A DNA stretch of 62,759 nucleotides, filler included, from Globobulimina sp. (lineage: Eukaryota): NCBI GenBank assembly GCA_003354225.1. It is 50 parts of 50 records of this genome, joined end to end, with 100 filler letters (N's around TTAATTAATTAA, not from the genome) between each part and the next. Parts side by side here need not be neighbours in the genome. Positions count along the whole stretch, not along the records: positions 1 to 1,158 come from PIVH01022075.1; positions 1,259 to 2,416 come from PIVH01022076.1; positions 2,517 to 3,674 come from PIVH01022077.1; positions 3,775 to 4,932 come from PIVH01022078.1; positions 5,033 to 6,190 come from PIVH01022079.1; positions 6,291 to 7,448 come from PIVH01022080.1; positions 7,549 to 8,706 come from PIVH01022081.1; positions 8,807 to 9,964 come from PIVH01022082.1; 42 more parts are not named here. The stretch is one strand, 5' to 3'. Positions 1 through 11,322 of this stretch are shown here, one piece after another. Each line of letters opens with the position of its first letter. The first letter of the stretch is position 1. The notes beneath the pieces were generated by a model. That model was not told where the DNA came from. It saw only the letters and a program-made list of their open reading frames with translations, and ran no database searches. Both the position numbers and the translations under genes were made by a program.

Positions 1-445
1 CCAGCAGTATCCAGTAACACTGCACTCGGCGAGTATACCATTCGGTATATTTCAAATTGACCTTTTGAATTTTGATAAAATTAAAAACTTGTGATTATTA
101 AATATTGTACCTTGGCTCTGTGGTGTTGTTTTCGGTCGCAATTAATTGCAGATTGGTATATTGTAAAAAAATATTGATATAAAAGTGCATTCTTTCTGAA
201 ATAATGACAACATTTCTGAAATAACAAAGAACAAGAAAAAATAACCAAAAAGCCGCGACCAATTGTAGCCAGTTCTGGGCAAATCACTCTCCTGTAGTCG
301 ACCTTATAGTTTATATTAACCATCACAGTGTCAATGCTTCATTATATAGCGACCAACAAAATATACAAAATTTCTAAAGCAGTTGATCAAAACAACGAAA
401 ATACAAAAAGGGTGCTTTCAAACGTCACTTTTTTTTTCATCTTAA

Positions 446-1158
446 TTAAATTTTACAAATTATTATTCGTGTTTCACTAAATCCAGGATACATTTCAAGA
501 ATTTCTTTATCTGTATCAAAATAATCTGAATTAAATAATAATGGTTTCTTAATATATCTCTGTGTGTTGCCATCATGAACATGTAAACATTGATTATATC
601 CATTATCTCCCCATAAATAATATTTATTATCCGCTGTTTTAATGATATTATGATATGCTCCACATTTAATATCAATAATTGTTTCCTTTTTTAATGTTTC
701 ATTTGGTTGTGGTAAATATACATTTTTATCTGAACCATTACCACATTGATACACTGCATTGTATCCAAAACAATACACCTTATTATTTATTAAAATATGT
801 TTGTAAAAATAAATAGACACAACACAAAAAGATCAAAACTTTCTTATTTAATGATAGTAATACATTATGTGCATTGCCACAACATATTTTACCAATTTTA
901 ATATTGTTTTGAATAAAATATTGTATTCTTGTTGGTGAATATCTATTATTACCATCTCCATGACCTAAACTACCATAATAACCACGACCCCACGACCAAA
1001 CACCATAATTATCATCAATTGCTAAGGTATGAAAACAGCCACAATATATATCCTTGGATTTTATTTTTGTTTGAATTTCTTGAATATTTGGTGATGATAT
1101 AATATCTTTACCTAATCCTAAACCACCACAATGGATATAATCATAACCAGCAACATAT
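446..1158 (-). CDS. RCC1/BLIP-II repeat protein, 5'-truncated, intron 779-839
   Basis: Spliced translation gives repeated RCC1 motifs (CGCFHTLAIDDNYGVWSWGRGYYGSLGHG; CCGNAHNVLL..|VYCFGYN; KCGAYHNII..YLWGDN). The 61-bp GT-AG intron keeps frame. Confidence 0.9.
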
Positions 1159-1258
1159 NNNNNNNNNNNNNNNNNNNNNNNNNNNNNNNNNNNNNNNNNN
1201 NNTTAATTAATTAANNNNNNNNNNNNNNNNNNNNNNNNNNNNNNNNNNNNNNNNNNNN
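1159..1258. other. Artificial contig spacer (first of 49 identical N44-TTAATTAATTAA-N44 linkers)
   Basis: The same 100-bp block recurs every 1256-1258 bp, and the intervening contigs fall in length from 1158 to 1156 bp. Confidence 0.99.
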
Positions 1259-2416
1259 ATGTTTGTTTGTATTGGTCATCAATGTAACAGCTACCCCACG
1301 GACCACCAGATGGAGGCAATATTTCCTTAACACCAAACTCGCCAATAACTTCATGACAGACACAATCAACTGTTCCTCCGCCAGCATCCACCAAAACATA
1401 TTTGTCTCCTTTGTTAAATGATGCATTTATTGCATTCTCATTCTTCTTTTCATCATTTTTATCTTTTATTTCGTGTTGAATTTGTAATGCAGCACAATCC
1501 GGTTCAAACACAATTTTAATTTGATTTTTAATATTCCTATCAACCAATCCAGCTCTGATTGTCCATTCTTTCATTTTATTCTTGGCTCTGTCATTCCATA
1601 TGGAAGGAACTGTGATTATCCATTGGATTTCATGTTTTTTTACCCTGATTTTCCTTTTTCTGAGAAAGGTTTTTGACTCTTTTTGAATATGTTGTAAAAC
1701 TTTAATGAATACTAATTCTGCTGGATATTCTGTACCATTATCAGCCACTAATTTTTCTTTAATATCAATTTTCTTCTTTGGATCGCATTTTACGTCATCT
1801 TCATTTGCGTTGTTATGGAGTTTATTTTGTATGTGTCCATCTGTTTTATATTGTGTTAAAAATACGAAAATAATTAATGGGAAATAAGGATACCATATAA
1901 CATCATTTTGAATCTCTCAAATAACATATGATCTTTTTTTGAGCTCAATTTCATATATCTGATCAACAATGTTATAGTTTACAACACAAATATTAATATA
2001 TATATATTTCAATGTATACTAAACAATTCCTTTGCATCTAAACCAAATTTATCAAAATTTCCATCTTTATCCAATAAAATGATTGTTTTAGGTTTTTTAA
2101 CCTCTTTATATTTATATGAATATGAATTCCATTTATTGTGAATATATACTTTATCACCAACAGCATATGCCAGACCTATATCACATTAACAATTTTTTAT
2201 AGTTGTCAAGGTTGCTTTTGGTTTTTTGTTGGAAATGTCTTTAATCTCAGATTCTAAAACAATCACATAACAGATTTGAAAAACTCTGTCGGAAAAATAA
2301 CAGAACCTAATTTTAGACCACATGTCATAAAGAATTCGCCGCATCAGACATACCTAATCCGTCTGTCCCAAAATCAATTGCTATATGCATTTCGAATCCC
2401 ACATCATTTTGTGGTG
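1259..2416 (-). CDS. HSPA12-like atypical Hsp70-family protein, multi-exon fragment
   Basis: IAIDFGTDG near 2360-2390, then WIITVPSIW, VFEPDCAA, VDAGGGTVD and SGGPWGS motifs. Confidence 0.85.
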
Positions 2417-2516
2417 NNNNNNNNNNNNNNNNNNNNNNNNNNNNNNNNNNNNNNNNNNNNTTAATTAATTAANNNNNNNNNNNNNNNNNNNNNNNNNNNN
2501 NNNNNNNNNNNNNNNN

Positions 2517-2596
2517 AATACTAGGATTCGAAACCTAGGTCAACTTCGAATACTAGGTTGAAAACCACTCTAGCTAACCCAAAAACCTTGCCAATC
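2517..2596. repeat. Dispersed repeat rich in CCTAGG/TTCGAA palindromes; reverse-complement copy at ~25167-25250
   Basis: The reverse complement matches the start of contig 21 (gggttagctagagtggtttt..ctagtattcgaagttgacctagg). Confidence 0.85.
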
Positions 2597-2844
2597 ACAA
2601 AAGAAGTGTTTAGAAGTTTAAGCCTAAAAAGTCAACTGGTATTGTTATGAAGGGATGGAAGAGGGTGAATTGGCTCAAGCAAGACAAGATTTAGGCTTTT
2701 TGGAGAAAGATTATCTCGATGTATTAGCAGATGGTCTTACGGATTAATGTGTTTTTGTGTATTTTTATCAACACCTTTTTGCCAGCTGCATCGCCAACAA
2801 ATATCAAATATAATACCATCTGAAAAAACTTCAAGTCTTAAATC

Positions 2845-3674
2845 ATGTCTTACTTACAAAGAGGACATGTGGAGAAATCATTTTATGAACGCACCAATAA
2901 ATCCTATTTAGATAAGGATCATACATCGTTTCTTGATTCAGACAATAAATTATTTTTAATCCCACCAACTGACACATACCTAACCTCGTCATCCGATTCT
3001 TTTCTAACCAGCCATCTAACCGACAAATCATATTTAGATCGATCAAACTCATCATTTTTAGAAAATGGGATCGATTCATTCATTCAATCCACAACTGAAT
3101 CATTTATAGAAAATTCATCCACCTCTTATTTATCCTCAGTATCGCCTCAAACGAACGCATTCCTACTAACAGACCGACAAAATCATGTCATTGAGGATGT
3201 CGCACATCATTTGGATGAAGACAAACAAAATCATTTAGAAGAGTCAGGCGGTATGTTCCTCGCATGCAATATCCAATAATTCATCCTTACACACAACACA
3301 TACCATACATTTATAGGCGAAACCTCCGACGAAGACAACGAAGATTTCTCACATACCATTGACTGGTCATTGGTCGTGCCGCCATTGGTAACGCCCACAT
3401 TCATCAACGGTCAAACAAAGTATTTGTGCGCATTGACCAACAAAACCACCGCGTCGCTCCCGGCCATCCCGCAACGTTTCGACCTGTTCGATTATGACAA
3501 ACAACAATTAATTGTAACCATATCCCGCTACCACACCAAAAAAGGCGCAGACGGCCTCACTGCAACACAGAAATATCGCCAACTCCAACGGCAAAAACAA
3601 AACTTACACAAAACCGAGCTACAATCCGTAGCCTTGGAAAATCTCCGCGTGTGGAAACACAAAAAGGACCAAGA
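2845..3674 (+). CDS. Hypothetical protein with an N-terminal ~8-aa S-[FY]-[LI] repeat; intron ~3251-3316
   Basis: ORFs 2845-3279 and 3370- join through a GTATGT...TTATAG intron. Confidence 0.65.
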
Positions 3675-3774
3675 NNNNNNNNNNNNNNNNNNNNNNNNNN
3701 NNNNNNNNNNNNNNNNNNTTAATTAATTAANNNNNNNNNNNNNNNNNNNNNNNNNNNNNNNNNNNNNNNNNNNN

Positions 3775-4080
3775 TATAAATCCATGCCATGAGACTGGAT
3801 TACAATATATGGATTTAATTGCGATTCCTTGTAATGATTTGATATTGCATGCTTTCATCATTTTATCTTCTTTCTTTTCTTGAATACATGAGCCATATTC
3901 GTTATATCCAGCAGAATAAAATATATTGTTTGAATCTTGATAAATACTGAATTCATATCCATTATAAATCTGTGAAATTCGTAGGTTTTGGCTCCAATTT
4001 GGTGCACTTAATTGTTTTATCTCTTTTGTATGACCACCACCAAATTCACCATAGTCATTAGATCCAATGAAATAAAGCAT
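3775..4080 (-). CDS. RCC1-like repeat protein, N-terminal fragment
   Basis: GSNDYGEFGGG and YSAGYNEYGSC motifs. Confidence 0.75.
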
Positions 4081-4207
4081 GTTGTTGTGAGAGGCAGGGT
4101 ATTGTTTATGAAACTTGTCGGATCTTTACTTAAAAAACTTCTTCCACTGAGGAACTTCCACTCCCTAACTAACTAAAAACCACAGACAATACTACAATCA
4201 ATCATCA

Positions 4208-4932
4208 ATGACAAAATACTCAATTTACAAGCCTGTTTATTTGGTGCTTTTTGTATTAGCATTTATTTATCACTTTGTTCCCAATCGTTCATCAATGTCA
4301 TTTTCCAGTTACGGAAGCAGTGGTTATGGCAGTCCATCATATAAATCAAAGTCATCATACAGCAGTCCTGTTTTACGAGATAATGACGTAGAAAATGTTA
4401 AAAGGGATTCAATTCATAGGCATTTAATGTTTGTAGTGAGTAGAATTGCTTCGTTATACATCTTTCCAGTAACCAATGTTATTTGGACAAATATATTTTC
4501 TCCGATTTCCGACCTGATGTGGAAATGTTGTAGTTATTTGAATGATTTTATGTGGAATAATGTTTATGATACATCATATTGGTTATACGTTAACACATTA
4601 TATCCCGTATTGGCAAGCATTGGAGCAAATATCCAGTACATATCCAATTCATTGATAAAACCAATAATAAAGTGGTGTGTCGCAGTTGTTAGTGATTATA
4701 TTTATTCTCCAGCCACCCGCATTATGCAAATGATTTGGGATCATATGGTTCGTATTCTTTCCTCTGGTTTTGATTTTTGCTGCTCATATTTCTGGTATTT
4801 TTATGATGGAATATGCAAGATTTGTGCTCAAATATCAAATGTTATCGTTCACAGTGTTAGTATGGCGATTGAATGGTTGAGCCACGGCATAGTTTGTGGT
4901 ATTAAAAGCGGTGCTGATTGTATTTATCATTA
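4208..4932 (+). CDS. Hypothetical protein with an N-terminal hydrophobic anchor and a Trp-periodic amphipathic helical region
   Basis: Long ORF with hydrophobic VYLVLFVLAFIYHF and roughly 11-residue spaced W/Y/P. Divergent from the RCC1 gene with a 127-bp gap. Confidence 0.7.
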
Positions 4933-5192
4933 NNNNNNNNNNNNNNNNNNNNNNNNNNNNNNNNNNNNNNNNNNNNTTAATTAATTAANNNNNNNNNNNN
5001 NNNNNNNNNNNNNNNNNNNNNNNNNNNNNNNNTCGACTTTATCACCGATTTTTACAATCAAAACTTTGGTTCTGTCTTCGACCGAATTAATTCCATATTT
5101 TTACTATTTTATGTTTTATTTGTATACACTAACTCTGAATTTATACACAGGACTGATCTAGGGATCAGACGCCCCAAGAACTTGCGCAAATT

Positions 5193-5753
5193 TTGGCGCT
5201 CTTTCTCAGAAACGCAAGGGTTTCAGAAATTCATCGAAGATTTGGCAAAGAGTACAAATACGAAGTGAAGAGTTCATTCCCCACTCTGAATGACACTTTA
5301 TTGATCAAACCGCGCATCTGTGACTTAGTGAGTCTGATCAGCGATGAATACAAAGACGGCCACAGTGATGGCCACGATAGCAATGCCTCCTCGCCTCAGT
5401 TCAGTGCCTTGGACAGTGGGAGAGACCGTGCGAATGGCAGCAAATACAACCGGCATAGCCATGTCCCAAAGCTGAAGAGCATATCTCGCAGTGTGGCCAA
5501 GCACCAAACCCCTTTGAACCGAGCCAAGTTTCAGCTGTTACAAATCTATGGCACGTGGTTTGCTGCCCATGTCGCCGCACTGGACTTCAAAGACATCCCC
5601 GGCGACGAAGTGAGCGAAGTCGTTTCGGGCACTTTGGATATTTTGTACCGAATGAGTGACATAAATACCATGGGCGGAGTGAGTCTCATCCCTGACGAAC
5701 TAATACCGAGAACGCCACCACTTTGGAGGTACGTAACAATTGCTCCAAGTTGA
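5193..5753 (+). CDS. Hypothetical protein exon
   Basis: GC-richer 186-codon ORF after an AT-rich intron-like stretch; no family recognised. Confidence 0.4.
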   Translation: MALFLRNARVSEIHRRFGKEYKYEVKSSFPTLNDTLLIKPRICDLVSLISDEYKDGHSDGHDSNASSPQFSALDSGRDRANGSKYNRHSHVPKLKSISRSVAKHQTPLNRAKFQLLQIYGTWFAAHVAALDFKDIPGDEVSEVVSGTLDILYRMSDINTMGGVSLIPDELIPRTPPLWRYVTIAPS

Positions 5754-6290
5754 TACACTTTTGGTCACAATTGCTAACATTTGTACACTTTCATATGGAG
5801 AAACTGTTGTATCATTATCATCGAGATTCATTTTTTGAACAAGAGCCATCGCACAATAAAGTAGCAGAATGGATCCAAAATGATTCCCTGAACACTCTAC
5901 CATTCTTCCATGAACTCCATAAATTACGTCAAAAATGGATACCCAATTGGGATGCCAAAACTGATAACATAAGCGATCTTGAGACACATTCCGACATAGA
6001 ATCTCTGAAACAAACAAACAAAAGGCAGAATGATTCAATAAAACAAACACAGAAACGTGTTACATATCTGTCCAATATCTTGAAGCAAAGACGCCACCGA
6101 AATATATTCGCGGATGGCCTGCTCTTTGCGCCCCAGGCGTTCGTGCACCAAAGCCAAACGGGGCATTGATAGGCGTTCGCCAGCGTCTGTNNNNNNNNNN
6201 NNNNNNNNNNNNNNNNNNNNNNNNNNNNNNNNNNTTAATTAATTAANNNNNNNNNNNNNNNNNNNNNNNNNNNNNNNNNNNNNNNNNNNN

Positions 6291-6338
6291 GTTTGCTTTC
6301 CATTCAAACCAATGCTCTGCCAATTGAGCTAGGTGCTT
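6291..6338 (-). ncRNA. tRNA-like element, 5' half only (cut by the contig end), enlarged anticodon loop
   Basis: Reverse complement AAGCACC TA GCTC AATTGGCA GAGC A TTGGT TTGAATGGAAAGCAAAC has a canonical D arm/A-box. Confidence 0.6.
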
Positions 6339-6732
6339 ATCAGCATTATCTAATTCATCTGTGGAGGACTATTTTTCAAATGAATTATAAATTTTATAAT
6401 CTAGTCAGGAGAGGAGTTGAATGAGTACTTTTAATTAATCCACGCTCCCAGCAGGCAATTGACTAAGTGCTTTTTGAGTATTTAAGTATTAGTACTTAGA
6501 AAAAAGTTAGTTAGCAGGAGTCAATTGTAAGATCATGCATTTTTTTTTATACATATTTTCATAATCATTAGGGCTCTCCGATAAGTACTGATTTTTTTGC
6601 TGTTTGAAAAGGTTTTTTTGTTTTTTACTGATCTTATCAAACACCTTACCAATCGTCCCTATGCCGGTGTCTCATCGTAATATATTTAAAAAAATAACTC
6701 GGTTCATAGGCCAAAGCGAATTAAATTCCAAT

Positions 6733-6809
6733 GTATCGCTTAGCTCAAGAAGAGCACTGGAATGAATGGGTATATTCAGTAGATTCAGGTTCAAATCCTG
6801 AGGCGAAGC
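6733..6809 (+). ncRNA. tRNA-like element or pseudogene with a 13-nt anticodon loop
   Basis: D arm GCTC-AAGAA-GAGC, anticodon stem CTGGA/TTCAG, T arm TCAGG-TTCAAAT-CCTGA, imperfect acceptor stem. Confidence 0.65.
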
Positions 6810-7353
6810 GAAAAGATAAATAGAAAAATGTATTTGGTGGTAATAAGTATGTAATTATCCCCTTGAGGAGATATACGTAGTATATACTCAAGGGTTTATA
6901 GAGAAGATCAATCATTTTTAATTAATTAATTAAAAATTTCACTTTTACCTTTAGGTATCCGAAAAATTATCTAAGTAGAGTTCAGACATTTAGTCTCGAT
7001 AGATTTTCATGTTTGTAAGACTGTTGAAAAATACTATACCGGCACAACATTATAGCACACATCAACAGTCTGTGGAGATAAATTTGAATCTCTTCTTCTC
7101 CGTTTTGATCTTCCGCTGCATTTGAATAAAACATCAGCATAATGTAAATTTGTATCGTGCTTTGTTTTGAATAAGTAACGCACTTTAGACGGTAATTCTA
7201 CCTTGGATTGGTACAGCAATCCGGATATGGTAGTGCCACATTCAGCTCGCAACGCTGGATTGTTTTTACCATTTAATTGTTTCAATTCATATTGGACAAT
7301 ATCTTGAGTTCCAATTGTAGACAAATCAAATACATTTTTCTATTTATCTTTAC

Positions 7354-7430
7354 GTTTCGCCTCAGGATTTGAACTTGAATCTACTGGATATATCCATTCA
7401 TTCCAGTGCTCTTCTTGAGCTAAGCGATAC
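7354..7430 (-). ncRNA. Second, inverted copy of the 6733 tRNA-like element
   Basis: Reverse complement is nearly identical to 6733-6809; anticodon stem CTGGA/TCCAG. Confidence 0.65.
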
Positions 7431-7548
7431 ATTGAAATTTCGCTTTGGNNNNNNNNNNNNNNNNNNNNNNNNNNNNNNNNNNNNNNNNNNNNTTAATTAA
7501 TTAANNNNNNNNNNNNNNNNNNNNNNNNNNNNNNNNNNNNNNNNNNNN

Positions 7549-8706
7549 ACACCGACTTTGTGGCGCCACTTTTTTTACATTTGTTGCATATCACTCTTTT
7601 TTCTTGTTGATGTTTTTGCAAAGTCAAACATGCGTTTTGTGTTAGGCACTGACCACCAACCTAAAGTCTAAAATAGTCATTTAACATATTGGCTATTGTT
7701 TCCTATTAAACCTGTGTTCTCGTTTCGGTCATAATTTTCAGTTTGACTTTGTTTGATGTTGTGACTGGACTGGTCATTGCATCCGTTTGATAGAGGTCTT
7801 GTTGTTGCATCCATTCGATGCATTAACTAGTTGACTCATCTGAATACCCCCCAATGTCTTAAAATACTAACTATAAACTGTAAATGTATGATATTTAAGT
7901 ACTGTAGTATGTGCATAGATTTATAGCTCGTTCAATGTTTCGCTGGTTTGTTTGAAATGGTGCCATGTCCCATGTCTTAGTATAGTATAAATACTAACTA
8001 ACTATATACTGTACATGTATGATAAGGTTTAAGAAATTGTGTATCTGCCCTCGATTAGGTATTTTCAACTGGTCTGTTTGATGATTTGAGGCTGTAAGTC
8101 CTTCACACGATATAAGTCAAGTGGAAATAGTTCAAGGTAACAGGCTGACTGACGCAGGCTAATGGCTGTTTTTTATGTTATTTATTCGTTTCGTCCACTA
8201 GTCCTCTTTCTTTGTCCATTCTCTGTTCTATTTATTTATTCCCTTTGCCCATATTGTAGTTTTAGTAGACCAATGTTTTCGACTCAGTCATCATTTCCTT
8301 TGCTTTCCATTTTGACTTTATTTCACACAGTGCCTTAACAGATTGTTGCATCCGTTTGATAAAAGGCTGTTAATTGCATCCGTTTGAGTAGATGGCCTGT
8401 AGAGTTGCATGCATTTTGTGAAATAACTGATTGAGCCCAACTGCGCAGTGTAGTGATTCATTTTGTGCACATGCTAAACACTTGAAATTAGCTAGAAACT
8501 CTGCCCAGTCAGTTCAGCCTTATCATCGGACAGAGACACCGACTTTGTGGCGCCACTTTTTTTACATTTGTTGCATATCCCTCTTTTTTCTTCTTGATGT
8601 TTTTGCAAAGTCAAACATGCGTTTTGTGTTAGGCACTGACCACCAACCTACAGTCTAAAATAGCCATTTAACATACTGACTATTGTTTCCTATCATACCT
8701 GTGTTC
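7549..8706. repeat. Non-coding repeat with 987-bp period (171-bp direct repeats at 7549-7719 and 8536-8706)
   Basis: 8 mismatches in 171 bp by manual comparison; internal sub-repeat TTGCATCCGTTTGA occurs 4 times, one copy degenerate. Confidence 0.9.
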
Positions 8707-8806
8707 NNNNNNNNNNNNNNNNNNNNNNNNNNNNNNNNNNNNNNNNNNNNTTAATTAATTAANNNNNNNNNNNNNNNNNNNNNNNNNNNNNNNNNNNNNN
8801 NNNNNN

Positions 8807-9964
8807 TGATGGACACAATATCATTATTTTGTTGTATAATAATCATTAAATCACGATCGGATATTAAATATTTCAAAGCGTTCCATAATCTGAACCTAAT
8901 TTGCGTTCTTGATTTTGAACAACGTGCGCAATATAACCATCCTCTTGATACTAAACATGAATTTAAAAATGAATCTTGATCTAAATAGGAAAATATTGTT
9001 TGTCCGATAACATTCAGTGGCTTACTTGGACTCGTACGCGTGCTCGAATTTACACTGGAATTCGAATTTGAGGCAAATATATGTGTAAACTGCGGCAAAT
9101 CAGAGTCATTATAATATTCGTAAAGTGTTGTTAATGCGGGCAAATCAAAGCAATTTGGGTGAGGTTCCATATTATTTAATGTGTGACGAATAAATGAAAT
9201 AATTGCTGTGGATGGTAAATTAAAAGAATTTGACGATATATTATTGTTCATACCGTGTACATGTTTGCTATTTTGTAATTCGAATGGTTCTATTTTTCGA
9301 TGTAACCAATCTGTTACTAATTGTTTCATAATATCTTGAGCGGATATACAATTAATAACTTTTATTAATTCCGAGCAATTTGCTCTTGAGAGGTCACCCA
9401 TAGTTCGATAATATTCCCAAAATGGATCACCAATTGTGGGTGCAAATTCTACTGCGATTAATTGGCTTGATTCATAGGTACTGGCTCTTGATATTCTGTT
9501 ATGCGTTTGATACGGTAACAAATTCCTTAACGAAGAAGTCCGTGGGGTTATGCCGTACGATTGATACGAAGCTGACTGAATGAAGCTAGTAACACTAGGA
9601 GACACAATATCTTTCAATCTGTAGGATGTGTTTCTTTTCATCTTAAAACCATTTAATAACACTGAAGGTGTTGGTTTATGTGTATTTGCTGCTTTGATTA
9701 TATTTTGTTGATATCTATCAATTGTTTTATGGCTTTTATTATTATCAAATGATACGGTTAGAATATCACCGTTTTCATCGACAATCACACTATTTTTCCA
9801 TGAACGGTGATATGATGAATATATTTGTACTTTATCCCCAATGCTCCATTTTTCTCGATGTTGTTCGGATTTTATAACAAATTCTCGATATTTATTGTAT
9901 TCAAATTTAAAATTATTGTTCTGTAATTTTCTTAAATATTGATATTTTATTAATTTATCGATCA
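8807..9964 (-). CDS. Protein with a Tudor/Agenet-like N-terminal module and an F-box-like motif, fragment
   Basis: The ORF is open essentially to the contig end. WSIGDKVQIYSSYHRSWKNSVIV..LTVSFD and IFSYLDQDSFLNSCLVSRGW motifs. Confidence 0.6.
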
Positions 9965-10064
9965 NNNNNNNNNNNNNNNNNNNNNNNNNNNNNNNNNNNN
10001 NNNNNNNNTTAATTAATTAANNNNNNNNNNNNNNNNNNNNNNNNNNNNNNNNNNNNNNNNNNNN

Positions 10065-10156
10065 AACATACTGTGCAACATACTGTGCAACATACTGTGC
10101 AACATACTGTGCAACATACTGTGCAACATACTGTGCAACATACTGTGCAACATACT
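10065..10156. repeat. 12-bp minisatellite (AACATACTGTGC), about 7.5 copies
   Basis: Perfect tandem copies at the contig start. Confidence 0.97.
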
Positions 10157-10638
10157 TGTTGTTAAACATAGACATCGGACACAGTAAATTTATTATACGT
10201 GATGCTATATGTCATGCAACATTACCTTCACTTCAATCTAATGCACCAACAAAGCGTAGGTATATGCGTACCATACATGTCGATGGATGCAAGATTCGGT
10301 TAGAATTAATTACAGCAAATAATAATTGCAATCAAGAAAAATCAAAAGATCCGTTAATTAATATGATTATATTAAATGAATATGATTCGCTTCTTAGAGC
10401 AAATAATACGTGTAAAATGTTATGGAATCAAAGAAATTGTATGAAAAATTGTATGATAGTACAAATTAGAGATTCTCTGCAAAATAAACGACGACGTACT
10501 CATTGTAATACAATTTATAAATTGGCAAAATGTTATAATATTCCATGTATTTCAATTTGTTTTCAAAATGAAAATACAATCACGGATTTATTTAATTTTG
10601 CAATTAAATATTATTGGTTTTGTAATGTCGCACAATAA
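10156..10638 (+). CDS. Degenerate Ras-like small-GTPase-fold protein
   Basis: RYMRTIHVDGCKIRLELI and LAKCYNIPCISIC..ITDLF resemble Ras elements, but G1/G3/G4 motifs are absent. Confidence 0.45.
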   Translation: MLLNIDIGHSKFIIRDAICHATLPSLQSNAPTKRRYMRTIHVDGCKIRLELITANNNCNQEKSKDPLINMIILNEYDSLLRANNTCKMLWNQRNCMKNCMIVQIRDSLQNKRRRTHCNTIYKLAKCYNIPCISICFQNENTITDLFNFAIKYYWFCNVAQ

Positions 10639-11322
10639 TTATTCAACAATAAAATATATTGTGTGGTAGTTTTTTGTTTCCGATGCCTACCCATCGTCAA
10701 TATATATGACAGTAAATATGTTATATGATTAATATGAATATATTTTATATTTCATATATTTTTTTTTTCAGCATTCAGTCATCCGGATAATGAGTACTCT
10801 GTATTATATTTTGTTGTCTTGTCTTTTTAGTATGTCTGTTATTTGTCTGTCTGTTGTTTGCCAGTTAATTTTTAAGTATCTAACTACTTTTTTTTTCGAT
10901 GTGCCAAGCCTGTGATGGGCCAAAACTGCAAGATTTCAATTTAATTAAACACAATCAAAGATTCACGTTACTACAATCACACAAGGGATCTATTAAATGT
11001 GGTATACAAATACCGCATAATAACACATAGCTGTTGCGTAAATAACTAAATATTTAATGCAGTCCCAGCAAACAAAAGGGGAAAAGTATATATATGGATA
11101 AAAGAGAAATTATTTAAATAATTATCCACCAATTAAATTAATTTTAAACAGGAAAAAATAAGAAGATATTATATTATTGAATAAAAATTAAAAATTGTTG
11201 CTATATTAAGATGAAAAAAAAGNNNNNNNNNNNNNNNNNNNNNNNNNNNNNNNNNNNNNNNNNNNNTTAATTAATTAANNNNNNNNNNNNNNNNNNNNNN
11301 NNNNNNNNNNNNNNNNNNNNNN

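Larger units (their letters stand above)
6711..7448. repeat. ~125-bp imperfect inverted repeat pair (6711-6836 / 7327-7448)
   Basis: ccaaagcgaa...aaagataaatagaaaaatgtatttg matches the reverse complement of the contig end, with a few substitutions and an indel. Confidence 0.9.

Noticed and set aside
1203-1214. Regularly spaced TTAATTAATTAA as a biological repeat or CRISPR-like array
   Set aside because: It is always centred between two runs of 44 N; it is a six-frame-stop scaffolding linker.
3370-3674. SURF2-like similarity (CALT..KY..L)
   Set aside because: Too few residues and the wrong spacing to support a call.
5160-5220. Cyclophilin-like DAPRTCANF peptide in an alternative frame
   Set aside because: Similarity does not continue, and the long ORF is in another frame.
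6918-6933. TTAATTAATTAATTAA inside a contig, resembling the linker
   Set aside because: No flanking Ns; simple AT-rich sequence.
7549-8706. Circular element inferred from the terminal direct repeats
   Set aside because: The ends differ at 8 positions; overlap from a circular assembly would be identical.
10065-10156. 12-bp tandem repeats here and at 19951-20028 as CRISPR or telomere
   Set aside because: No spacers, no cas genes, and the two units differ. They are minisatellites or assembler loops at contig ends.
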